In this document: piece after piece, positions 1 through 8,340 of the stretch
How positions within the stretch are numbered: the first letter of the stretch is position 1
How the letters are laid out: every line of letters starts with the position of its first letter
Origin: an archaeon
Lineage (GTDB): Archaea > Asgardarchaeota > Thorarchaeia > Thorarchaeales > Thorarchaeaceae
Length of the DNA stretch: 29,672 nt
Assembly: GCA_024275415.1 (NCBI GenBank)
Contig: JAJRZD010000006.1
Coordinates: 1-29,672 of the forward strand
Direction: 5' to 3'
Program-made: the position numbers and the translations under genes
Notes under the pieces: model-generated
Databases searched by the model: none
What the model saw: only the letters and a program-made list of their open reading frames with translations
Told to the model about the DNA's origin: nothing

Positions 1-1059
1 CCACCAGAGCCATTAGTGAGCCACCCCATTGACCTCCAGGTGATGGAGGGTTCCATTGGTGAATACCTCACATGGAACGGTAGCGACATCGACCCGAGCA
101 GTTATGAGATCTACAGGGACGGAGAGCTTGTCCTGTCAGGGCAGTGGAACGCGTCCAGTGACCTGCTGACCATTTCTCTTGATGGGCTGACCATCGGGAC
201 CTACGTGTACTCCATCACCGTCTACGACAAGGAGGGCTACACAGCCAGCGATGAGGTCACCGTGACAGTGTATGATGGGACAGCTCCAGTCGTCGATGCT
301 CCCTCAGATGTGACGATGAATGAGGGCGAAACTGGGGTGACCATCACTTGGACACCCACCGACCTGAACCCCGCGAGCTACTCCATCAGTCGCAACGGCA
401 CGCTGGTCGTGTCTGGTTCGTGGAACACTACAGAGGAGAGCATCTCACTTACTCTGGACGGGCTTACGCTGGGGATGTGGCAGTATGCTATTACAGTCGA
501 AGATGTACATGGGAACGTCGGAACCGATGATGTCTATGTGGACGTAGTCGACGGGACAACACCAGAGATTACAGGTCCTGATGACTTCGAATACATTATC
601 TATTCCACAGGCAATACAATTGTCTGGAATGCAACAGACCTGCATCCTGCGAGCTTCTCCATAGCTGTGAATGGCACCACATTCATCCGTGGCATCTGGC
701 GCGAATCTACGATTGAGATCAACGTTGACTGGCTGGATGTGGGCACCTATGTCTACACCCTCACAGTGGTAGATGTGGGCGGCAACTCGGCTCAGGACAC
801 TGTGGTCGTCCGTGTAATAGCCGAATCATCTGGTTCACCAGACACTACTACAACAACTACTACAACCACGACAACAACAACTACTACAACTACCACTGGT
901 GGAACCCAAACGACCACACAGGATCCAATTGATGACTATGGCCGTGATCTCATAATGGGTGAGCCTCCTTCATCCATCCTTGGGGCTTCCCTTCTGTTCC
1001 TGGCCATGGGCGGAATTATCCTGATCATTGTCGTAGTGTGGCGTGCAGAGATTGTCTAG
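1..1059 (+). CDS. Cell-surface glycoprotein, 5'-truncated: at least three ~90-aa Ig-like beta-sandwich repeats, Thr-rich linker, C-terminal TM anchor
   Basis: Frame 1 is open from base 1 (PPEPLVSHP...), so the real start lies upstream of the window. Three repeats share P-x-D...W..xD..PxSY.I..NG.....G.W....I.LDGL.xG.Y.Y.ITV.D..GN...D.V.V.V. There are six N-x-S/T sequons (NGS, NAS, NGT, NTT, NAT, NGT), then 18 Thr, a hydrophobic helix (ILGASLLFLAMGGIILIIVVVW) and a short tail RAEIV. Stop is TAG at 1057-1059. Confidence 0.85.
   Translation, partial: PPEPLVSHPIDLQVMEGSIGEYLTWNGSDIDPSSYEIYRDGELVLSGQWNASSDLLTISLDGLTIGTYVYSITVYDKEGYTASDEVTVTVYDGTAPVVDAPSDVTMNEGETGVTITWTPTDLNPASYSISRNGTLVVSGSWNTTEESISLTLDGLTLGMWQYAITVEDVHGNVGTDDVYVDVVDGTTPEITGPDDFEYIIYSTGNTIVWNATDLHPASFSIAVNGTTFIRGIWRESTIEINVDWLDVGTYVYTLTVVDVGGNSAQDTVVVRVIAESSGSPDTTTTTTTTTTTTTTTTTTGGTQTTTQDPIDDYGRDLIMGEPPSSILGASLLFLAMGGIILIIVVVWRAEIV
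844..897 (+). repeat. ACN trinucleotide run encoding an 18-Thr linker
   Basis: 18 consecutive Thr codons (act/aca/acc/acg) between the last Ig repeat and the TM anchor. Confidence 0.95.
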
Positions 1060-1089
1060 ACAACAATAAGGTCTTAGTTCGACATCAAA

Positions 1090-1128
1090 GAATGTGGGGC
1101 ATCTTTGCCCCACGTTCAGACTCTTTTT
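1090..1128 (+). terminator. Hairpin plus T-tract downstream of the surface-protein gene
   Basis: gaatgtggggc (1090-1100) pairs with gccccacgttc (1107-1117), 11 bp with one G-U and a 6-nt loop, followed by ttttt at 1124-1128. Confidence 0.55.
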
Positions 1129-1362
1129 CATAGCTCAGACAACAGATCCAACCAAACTGGGAGCAAATCAACGTCTATCTCGAATCATGGTATTGCGAGA
1201 TTTGAGAATGCTCATCAACATGATATCCGAAAGCCGTCTTCTTGCGAGTCTGCACATTCCCAATGCTTAGATTGGAATAATGTTATGTTCGTATTTAATC
1301 GTACCCGGGGAGTTCTCACAAAAGAGCGATTATCAGTATTACAAGTTCGTCATTAACTATTG

Positions 1363-1370
1363 TTTATATA
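1363..1370 (+). promoter_or_regulatory. TATA box of the cupin gene
   Basis: tttatata about 33 nt upstream of ATG 1403, matching the archaeal TATA consensus and implying a very short leader. Confidence 0.5.
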
Positions 1371-1402
1371 TGGGGGTGCAAATGTCAGTTACGTGAATAG
1401 TC

Positions 1403-1702
1403 ATGACAAGTGGCGATATCTTTGAGAATTTGGTGTTCCCAAAGGGCGGACCGAACAAAATCTCTATTGTGGAACGTGGTGCTTACTCGGTTGTACGGGT
1501 ATCTCTTGGAAAAGGAGCTAGAATTCCTCCTCATGTAGCAAATCATTCAGCATTCTTTCTTGTGCTAAAAGGAAAGGCGATAATCACATCTGGGGATAAA
1601 GAAGTCGAGCTTGGTCCAAACCAGTATATCATCCTAGAAACGAATCAGATGAGGGGTATTCAGGCATTAGAAGACCTAGTCATCCTTGGTGTAAGGGACT
1701 AG
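1403..1702 (+). CDS. Small cupin-domain (cupin_2 / QdoI-like) protein, 99 aa
   Basis: Cupin motif 1 VRVSLGKGARIPPHVANHSAFFLVLKGKAII and motif 2 GPNQYIILETNQMRGIQA. The second-motif metal His is not evident. Confidence 0.85.
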   Translation: MTSGDIFENLVFPKGGPNKISIVERGAYSVVRVSLGKGARIPPHVANHSAFFLVLKGKAIITSGDKEVELGPNQYIILETNQMRGIQALEDLVILGVRD

Positions 1703-1833
1703 AACTACATCTCTAGGAAACTTTAATCACAAGCATTTAACCCCGAAGGAGTCGATCACTTAGCAATGGGGCGGGCAACAATAAAGGCACCTCCATAGCA
1801 TGGGTGAAAAATGTACCTGAGATCGAGTGCGTT

Positions 1834-3426
1834 TCATTTCGCTAGCGGTATTGAGATATAGAAGCTGTTCATGCCCTCATGCAGGTTATGATCATATGAT
1901 AGTTGACCATCAAAAAGCTCGATAATTGAACGCGCAACAAAGATGTCAAAGTCAATGTTTGTGGAAAGTTGGACATTCTTTTGATGGAGGTATTCTTGGA
2001 TTGCATTCGTGAGTTCAATACCCGGACATTGAACACTCAGGATTACCGATTCACTTTGCACATCGCATTTGATTACAAAGGAGAGGTCTTCAGTTATCCG
2101 TGTCTTCACAACAAATGAAACGATACTCAGTATCGCGATGGAGAGCATTTCATTGGCCCTGAGTAACGGATTGTCGCGTACCTCAAGATAGGCTTTGAAT
2201 TCTTGGGGGTCAAGAAGAGAACCCACAAGATCCATCGCATTTGAGAGGATCATAGCTAAGGGTGTTGCGTACAGCATGTTATCTTTCGAGTCAAGGATTT
2301 GAGAGAGATTGGTCACTTGGAGGTTCAGTAATGTTGCTTCCCTGCTAAGTGTCTTTGCGCAGAACCGAATCTCCTTCAGATCCCCTGTTGCTAGGGAGGG
2401 AGTTCCCATCATATCAAGGTATATCAGTAATGCCTGTAGAAAGTTTCCCATTTTATGAGCCCACATTGCGAGATAGAACTCACTTTCAGCCTTTGACTGG
2501 CTCAATTCTCTGGTTCTTTGGCTCACAGTTTCCTCCAAGTTTCGTTGTGGTTCCAACACAGCAGAGAACAACATGCTAAATGCAAGCAGAAGGAACCCAA
2601 TACCAAAGGCTCCCAGCCAGATGATTTCAGCGAATTGGAAAGGACTCTCAAGAAGAACGAGAATGATTTCTCCGTAAAGCCAGAATCCCAGCGCCACGGT
2701 CGATACCATGATGACCCTATCTCGTGTTTTTATCCAATCATATGCATACTTGACAAGTGCCACAAGCATTGTGACCCCAATAGTAAGAACTAGCCCAAGT
2801 GCCAGAGGTGTAAGTCCTGTTAGACCTCCGCTTGGGCTCGTGACAGTGAATACCGGTTCAGGGCTAAAAAGGAACCAAAACCCAAGCGAGGGGATTATGA
2901 CCAGTGACCACAAAAGCGCAACGAATGAGTTTCTCTCGTTAGCAATAGTATTCCCTGTAAACGAGCCAGCAAGCATACCAGGAAAGATGACAATCCCCAT
3001 CAATAGGATTAGTGACCTGTTCCTGTTCCGATCTGCAAAGGAAATCCACCCTGAAAAAATCGGATGCGAAACGAGATAGGTCATAACAAGCATGATGAGG
3101 TCAAGAGCCATCAGGAGGATGACCAGATCATAGATACGCCGAGTTTGAAAGAATTGAACCGTTGAATGGGTCAGGATGATGCTCACGGAGGCCAGAATGC
3201 CTCCTGAGAACAGTGGAATTACGACTAAAATAAACTCTGGCGTAACAAGGCTCCAAACGGCCCCTGTCAGTGTGATTACGCCTAGATAGATGGCACAATA
3301 GGCACTCAGGACTAATATGACCACATCTGCCCATCTATAGCGTCTGCTATTCCTATCTTTCAACTGAACCAAGCATCCAAGCGAGGATAATGATGGTGTT
3401 CGAATATTATAAGATACCTTGTACAT
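1834..3426 (-). CDS. Membrane sensor (about 8 TM, MASE3-like) with His-containing DHp helix and a degenerate HATPase_c domain (probable pseudo-kinase), 530 aa
   Basis: About eight hydrophobic segments in residues ~30-295, signalling helix LEETVSQRTREL, H-box-like YLAMWAHKMGNFLQAL (His codon 2455-2457). The C-terminal fold pattern of HATPase_c is visible, but the N box reads SIVSFVVKT, G1 reads QCPGI and G2 reads DFDIF. Confidence 0.75.
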   Translation of the reverse strand: MYKVSYNIRTPSLSSLGCLVQLKDRNSRRYRWADVVILVLSAYCAIYLGVITLTGAVWSLVTPEFILVVIPLFSGGILASVSIILTHSTVQFFQTRRIYDLVILLMALDLIMLVMTYLVSHPIFSGWISFADRNRNRSLILLMGIVIFPGMLAGSFTGNTIANERNSFVALLWSLVIIPSLGFWFLFSPEPVFTVTSPSGGLTGLTPLALGLVLTIGVTMLVALVKYAYDWIKTRDRVIMVSTVALGFWLYGEIILVLLESPFQFAEIIWLGAFGIGFLLLAFSMLFSAVLEPQRNLEETVSQRTRELSQSKAESEFYLAMWAHKMGNFLQALLIYLDMMGTPSLATGDLKEIRFCAKTLSREATLLNLQVTNLSQILDSKDNMLYATPLAMILSNAMDLVGSLLDPQEFKAYLEVRDNPLLRANEMLSIAILSIVSFVVKTRITEDLSFVIKCDVQSESVILSVQCPGIELTNAIQEYLHQKNVQLSTNIDFDIFVARSIIELFDGQLSYDHNLHEGMNSFYISIPLAK

Positions 3427-3427
3427 A

Positions 3428-5152
3428 TTACTCGGTTATTAATAACCGCATGACCTCGACACGCAGGTCATCTTCAGACAGAAATCCGGTCAGTTCCTGC
3501 CCACCAATATGGATTGTGGGCAATGCTGGAAGGTCTTCCTCTGATACTCCTGCGGCAGGGTCATCGATATTGATGATATTGAGAATTGAGAGGCCAATCC
3601 CAAGATCGTTGAGAACCGTCTTTAGGGACTCAAGAACTGGACCGCAGAAGACACAATGATCAGACTTGTAAAAGTCAATGGGCGAAAATTCGACCTCCTC
3701 TTCCCATCTGGGTAGGATGACGATGACCTTGCATCCTTTCGATGGGTCACCTTTGACCCTATCCTCAATCCATATCCTACCTCCTAAATGGTGCACATAT
3801 CTATCGACGACGGTCAGTCCAAGTCCTTTGGTGCTAACATCTTCCGGCCTGCGCCTGAACACTTTCTGTTTCAGTTCGTCAGGTACTCCGGGACCTGAAT
3901 CAGCGAATTCGATCCGGACTTCACGTCCAAAATCCTCTGTTGTGACTCGGATTTCAACATTCACAACATCACTTGGATCGTGAGTCATGGCATTATGAAG
4001 AATGTTGAAGAATATGTTGTGAAGAAAGACATGACCCGCTACTTCGATGTCCTTGTCCTCTATCTCTGTTTCATATTTCAGCTCCTTGCCTTCAAAATCT
4101 CTCTGAACCTCGATCAAAGCCCGTTTGAGATGAGGCTCGATCTTAGTATTGGTGGTTGTTGGAGGTGTCCGGTTAAGGCTCAGCAAGACGCCCATGTTCA
4201 CAATCAGACGCCCTGCCCTGCGCAGATTCCAAGATGCATCTCGCACCAGCAGGGACTCCCTGGGTGGGAGTTCCACGGACACCTTAAGATCCTCTAGGGT
4301 AAATAGAATGGTCTGTAAGATGATATTCAAGTCGCTCGTCATCAAGTCGAAATAGAGATTGGCCCGGTCGCTTTCTTCTCTCAGTCTTTGTTCTGCTCCT
4401 CGACGCCGAGTTATATCAACAGCCGTCAAACCTATCTCTGATGGGGCTTCGCTTTCAGGGTTCAATGATCGAGCAGATACACTGACCCATATTGACCGGC
4501 CAGAACAATGTTCCATCTCCAACTCGATTCCCATGACACTCTTGCCTCTTAGAACCTCTCCAACAATGTCACGTCCTGGATCAAAACCAGTTTGACCACC
4601 CATCGGTCTAAAGAACGAACCTATCGAACGGCCAATGATATCCTCAGCATTACATCCTAGGAGTTCCTCTGATGCTGCATTGACTTGTGTGACAATGCCT
4701 TCTGAATTAATTGTGAAATAGGGGACAGGGGAGAAGTCATACAGAGCTGCAAATCGTTGTTCTAACTGAATGACAGCTTCCTGCAAAGCGAGCTGGCTTG
4801 AAATGTCACGGATTGCAGCGATGATAATCGGTTCATCTTCTACTTCGATTATGCGTGGGTTAATCTCCGCATGGAATACACGGCCAGATTTAGACTTCAT
4901 CCGTGTTATGAATTGTTCAGCTTTTTTGCCATCCAGAAGATCCTCAATCTGTCCCTGATGCTGCCGTTTTGCGATCGGATCGAGGAGATCCTCAAATTCC
5001 ATGTCCAGCATGTCCTCGACATCATACTCCAACATATCAGCAAAGAGACGATTGACCTGAATGATCTCGTCTGCATGGATAACGAACATTCCCTCATGGG
5101 CAACATCCAGCATCTGTTGAAGCAAATGATTCACATCTTTCAGACTGGACAT
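3428..5152 (-). CDS. PAS-PAS histidine-kinase-like protein with His-to-Ser H-box, intact HATPase_c and C-terminal thioredoxin-fold (CVFC) domain, 574 aa
   Basis: Two PAS/PAC domains (VNRLFADMLEY...IRDIS; VNAASEELLG...AVDITRRR). H-box reads LMTSDLN (AGC at 4334-4336). N box FNILHNAMTH, G1 DSGPGVP, G2 KGLGL. The last ~85 aa read DFYKSDHCVFCGP...LPALPTIHIG, with CxxC codons at 3644-3655 and the cis-Pro motif. Confidence 0.85.
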   Translation of the reverse strand: MSSLKDVNHLLQQMLDVAHEGMFVIHADEIIQVNRLFADMLEYDVEDMLDMEFEDLLDPIAKRQHQGQIEDLLDGKKAEQFITRMKSKSGRVFHAEINPRIIEVEDEPIIIAAIRDISSQLALQEAVIQLEQRFAALYDFSPVPYFTINSEGIVTQVNAASEELLGCNAEDIIGRSIGSFFRPMGGQTGFDPGRDIVGEVLRGKSVMGIELEMEHCSGRSIWVSVSARSLNPESEAPSEIGLTAVDITRRRGAEQRLREESDRANLYFDLMTSDLNIILQTILFTLEDLKVSVELPPRESLLVRDASWNLRRAGRLIVNMGVLLSLNRTPPTTTNTKIEPHLKRALIEVQRDFEGKELKYETEIEDKDIEVAGHVFLHNIFFNILHNAMTHDPSDVVNVEIRVTTEDFGREVRIEFADSGPGVPDELKQKVFRRRPEDVSTKGLGLTVVDRYVHHLGGRIWIEDRVKGDPSKGCKVIVILPRWEEEVEFSPIDFYKSDHCVFCGPVLESLKTVLNDLGIGLSILNIINIDDPAAGVSEEDLPALPTIHIGGQELTGFLSEDDLRVEVMRLLITE

Positions 5153-5218
5153 ATCTCAACCTCAGAAATCTCCAATGGACATTATCCTACATAAAGAATC
5201 GTCTAATGTGTCCTCATC

Positions 5219-5264
5219 AAAAAATCGGGGAAAAGAAGGAGTTTCATTCGTTCCGGAAAGCCCC
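5219..5264 (-). terminator. Possible hairpin plus T-tract after the Lon-type protease gene
   Basis: On the minus strand ggggctttc...gaaactcc forms an imperfect stem, followed by ttcttttccccga and tttttt (5224-5219). Confidence 0.35.
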
Positions 5265-5275
5265 ATGAGTTACTT

Positions 5276-7657
5276 CTAACCGAATAATGAGTATTCCTTC
5301 ACTTTCTCAGCCATTTCTTTAAGGCGTTTGTCTACCAAGTAATAGACACTGCCTTCTTCAAAGGAGCCATCTTCGAGCCTCTTTCCAGCCTTGACGCCTG
5401 TCAGTATCTCGATGCCCTCTTCGATTGTACGGATGGGATAGATGTGGAACTTGCCATCTCGCGCGGACTGCACCACTTCCTCTTTTAGCATGAGGTTCTG
5501 TACATTGCTTTCAGGAATAAGCACCCCTTGATCACCAGTGAGTCCCTTTGCCTTGCACACCTCGTAGAATCCTTCGACCTTTTCATTGACGCCTCCGATT
5601 GCCTGCACTTGTCCGTGTTGGTCGACAGACCCAGTCACAGCAAAGTTCTGCTTTATGGGCACTCCAGAAAGTGCTGATAGAAGGGCGTAGAGTTCTGTGC
5701 TTGAAGCGCTGTCACCATCTACACCAGAATAGCTCTGTTCGAATACAATCCTTGCAGTCAGGCTGAGCGGTTTGTCCTGAGCAAAGACTTTTGAGAGATA
5801 CCCTGCGATGATCATGACTCCCTTTGTGTGTATATTCCCACCAAGATTTGATTCCCGCTCGATATCAACAAGTCCCTGTCGTCCTACAGCCACGCTTGCG
5901 GTCACTCGTGAGGGGCCTCCAAAGCTGAAATCACCAAATTGCATGACGGCAAGGCCATTGATCTGCCCGACAACACTTCCCTCGGTCTGGATACGGATGA
6001 CTCCTCGGATGATGTAGTCGCGAAGGTGTTCCTGTATCAAGTTCGAGCGATATATCTTCGCTTCGATTGCCATCTCGATGTGTTTGGCAGATACATGGGG
6101 AGTGTCTTCCTGTGAAGCATAGAACGTCGCTTCTCGGATAAGGTCGGCCACATCAGCGAACCGAGTGGAAAGCTTGTGCTTGTCAGCTGCTATCCGTGAA
6201 CTAAACTCGATCACTTTGGCTGCTGCGTCAGCATCCAGATGCATCAAGCCTTCTCTACCACAGACATTGGCCATGGCACCAGCATATTTCAAGATGTTCT
6301 CTTCATCTCTGAACATGGTTGTATCAAAGTGTGCCTTGACTTTGAAGAGTTCCTTGAAGTCAGGGTCTTCAGAATACAGCATCTCATACGTAGCTGTATC
6401 ACCAATAATGACAACTTTCACGTTCAATGGAATTGGCTCAGGTTTGAGGGTCTGCGCTGAAAGTGACGTGCCAGGGATGTGTACATCCTCAATTTCGATA
6501 ACCTCGTTTTTCAACGCGCGTTTCAAACTCTCATACGAACCAGGATTCTTGCCAAGACCTTCTATTGGAATCATGATGTACCCGCCGTTGGCTCGATGAA
6601 GGCTCCCGGGCTTTATCATGGTGAAATCCGTCGTGAGAATACCATACCGAGCTTCTTTCTCGATTCTCCCGAAGAGGTTAGCATAGGTCGGGTTCAGCTC
6701 CACGACTACTGGAGCGCCAGTGGTCTTTGCATGGCTCACCATGATGTTTACATCGTAACGAGTGAAGAATTGCTCTAGCCTACCAGCCTCCTCGGCAGAC
6801 TGAGGTGCCTTTGCTTGAATGATTGTTGAGATATTGTTCAGTAGACTCTCTTGTACGTCCTCGATATGTTTTGTAGCTTCATCAATTCCCTTGTACAAAT
6901 CCTTCATATCGGATATCATGTCACCAATCGCATACAGTGCCATCTCACGATTTAGCTTGTCCAGATTGGCATTGAGTTCACTATCCAGCTTCCTGAGCTT
7001 TCTCATGGCCTCCCTTAGATCGGTATCAATCGAGGAGCGGGCTTTGTTGAGTTGGTCAATCACTTCAGGACTGAGAGCAGCGATCTGTTCCTCCGTAAGG
7101 GGTTGCCCCTCAATCACGGGAATGACCATCACACCAGTCTGGGTCCCTTTAAGCAGGAATCCCTTGTCCTGCGCTTTCTTGCTGACCTCGGCGAATATCG
7201 CATTCCTTTGGGCATCAATAGTATGTGTGGTAGCCTGTCTTCGTGTCACGTAATCCTCGCTCTCAAACACTTCAGGAATGACCTGTCTTGTTGCTTCGAT
7301 AAGAGAATTAAGTTCCTTCTTGAACTTCTCAGCCATCCCACTTGGCAGCTCGATGGCATTGGGCTCAGACGGGTTCTCAAAATTGTAGACATAACACCAA
7401 TCAGAAGGTGGGTCACGCACGGCTGCACGTTCGCTGATGAAGGCGTTAACTGTCGTTGTCTTCCCAGTACCAGGTTCTCCAGCAGCATAGACATTGAAGC
7501 CCTTTTCCTTTATCGCCAGACCAAAGCTTAGCGCTTTTAGAGCACGTTCTTGTCCAATGATGTCATTGTTTGGAAGAAGATCCTTCGTCGTCTTACATCC
7601 TATGATATCTGGGCTACAATAAAAACGATAATCTTTCACATCAAGTTCCTTGACCAA
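5276..7657 (-). CDS. lon: Lon-family protease, LonC type (AAA_32 plus Lon_C, no membrane anchor), 793 aa
   Basis: IIGQERA start of the AAA module, Walker A GEPGTGKT, long coiled-coil insertion, KPGSLHRANGGY, Lon Ser-Lys dyad (GVDGDSAS and GGVNEKVEGF), C-terminal GVLIPESNVQNLML. No TM segment is present. Confidence 0.9.
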   Translation of the reverse strand: MVKELDVKDYRFYCSPDIIGCKTTKDLLPNNDIIGQERALKALSFGLAIKEKGFNVYAAGEPGTGKTTTVNAFISERAAVRDPPSDWCYVYNFENPSEPNAIELPSGMAEKFKKELNSLIEATRQVIPEVFESEDYVTRRQATTHTIDAQRNAIFAEVSKKAQDKGFLLKGTQTGVMVIPVIEGQPLTEEQIAALSPEVIDQLNKARSSIDTDLREAMRKLRKLDSELNANLDKLNREMALYAIGDMISDMKDLYKGIDEATKHIEDVQESLLNNISTIIQAKAPQSAEEAGRLEQFFTRYDVNIMVSHAKTTGAPVVVELNPTYANLFGRIEKEARYGILTTDFTMIKPGSLHRANGGYIMIPIEGLGKNPGSYESLKRALKNEVIEIEDVHIPGTSLSAQTLKPEPIPLNVKVVIIGDTATYEMLYSEDPDFKELFKVKAHFDTTMFRDEENILKYAGAMANVCGREGLMHLDADAAAKVIEFSSRIAADKHKLSTRFADVADLIREATFYASQEDTPHVSAKHIEMAIEAKIYRSNLIQEHLRDYIIRGVIRIQTEGSVVGQINGLAVMQFGDFSFGGPSRVTASVAVGRQGLVDIERESNLGGNIHTKGVMIIAGYLSKVFAQDKPLSLTARIVFEQSYSGVDGDSASSTELYALLSALSGVPIKQNFAVTGSVDQHGQVQAIGGVNEKVEGFYEVCKAKGLTGDQGVLIPESNVQNLMLKEEVVQSARDGKFHIYPIRTIEEGIEILTGVKAGKRLEDGSFEEGSVYYLVDKRLKEMAEKVKEYSLFG

Positions 7658-7759
7658 CAGACTCCACTCGTTTTTCTACCTGACATTTTTACGTTAAGGC
7701 TGTTTCTAGTCCTGCAAAAAAACAGTATCGAATCAAAAGAAGATGGAGAAAAAGGGATG

Positions 7760-7783
7760 GGCGGGGCTCATAGAGGAACCCCG
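7760..7783 (-). terminator. GC-rich hairpin after the ssb stop, followed by a pyrimidine/T-rich tract
   Basis: gcgggg (7760-7765) pairs with ccccgc (7778-7783). On the minus strand the stem extends by G-U, U-A and C-G-type pairs and is followed by ccatcccttttctccatcttcttttg. Confidence 0.5.
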
Positions 7784-7809
7784 CGTATTCAATTGTGAAT
7801 TATTGATGT

Positions 7810-8340
7810 CTAGCGTCTTCGTCTGCCGCCACCATAGCCACGGTCTCTTCGGTCTCTGTGTCCACCATAACCGCCACCACGGCCGCCACCATAGCCAGAA
7901 TCGCGACCGCCGTAGCCACCACCACGGCCACCACCGCCACCATAGCGTGGTCGTCTGCGAAAGTCCTCATGTTCCACCGCACTCATATCGTTTTCCATGT
8001 TGACTTCTTCGATTTCTTCCTCAGCATCAGACACTTCGCCGTATTTACCAATGTTCAAGCGTAGGTTGCTTTTGAAAAGACCTGTGTATCCATTCTTGAG
8101 CTGATAGGTGGATCCAACTTCCATTGAATCGATGCTATCATCCCAGAGGGGGACTAGAACAGTGCCTGTGGAATCACCAACGATAGCATCAGCAACCCTA
8201 TGGGTCGTACCATCGTTTCGCGATGTGACTTCACGTGCCTCGCCAATCTCCACCATCTTAAAGGTGATAGTGATATTCTTCATGCGGGGTTTCAACTCCG
8301 CAATAGTAGCCTCAATAGGCTCACGTTCGTAACTACTCAT
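7810..8340 (-). CDS. ssb: Single-stranded DNA-binding protein, single OB fold (crenarchaeal SSB type) with Gly/Arg/Tyr-rich tail, 176 aa
   Basis: IAELKPRMKNITITFKMVEIGEAREV...VADAIVGDSTGTVLVPLWDD...G.TYQLKNGYT..FKSNLRLNIGKYGEV is the OB-fold SSB pattern, followed by an acidic linker and an RGG/GYGG tail. Start moved from TTG 8385 to ATG 8340. Confidence 0.9.
   Translation of the reverse strand: MSSYEREPIEATIAELKPRMKNITITFKMVEIGEAREVTSRNDGTTHRVADAIVGDSTGTVLVPLWDDSIDSMEVGSTYQLKNGYTGLFKSNLRLNIGKYGEVSDAEEEIEEVNMENDMSAVEHEDFRRRPRYGGGGGRGGGYGGRDSGYGGGRGGGYGGHRDRRDRGYGGGRRRR
7826..7945 (-). repeat. Imperfect coding repeats for the RGGGYGG tail of SSB
   Basis: ccgccaccatagcc occurs at 7826-7839 and 7883-7896, with further ccgccaccac/ccaccaccac variants up to ~7945. 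Confidence 0.8.

Noticed and set aside
1105-1356. 83-aa ORF between the surface protein and cupin genes
   Set aside because: TTG start inside the terminator-like hairpin, no recognisable motif, and it runs into the cupin promoter region.
1703-1833. Possible small RNA in the convergent intergenic gap
   Set aside because: No convincing stem, C/D or H/ACA box arrangement, or promoter could be identified by eye.
5808-7531. Several 70-160-aa plus-strand ORFs opposite the Lon gene
   Set aside because: Antisense shadows of a well-supported gene, with no motifs or start signals.
844-7945. CRISPR array or non-coding tandem repeats (844-897 and 7826-7945)
   Set aside because: Both repeats are in-frame coding low-complexity tracts with no repeat-spacer periodicity, and no cas genes are present.
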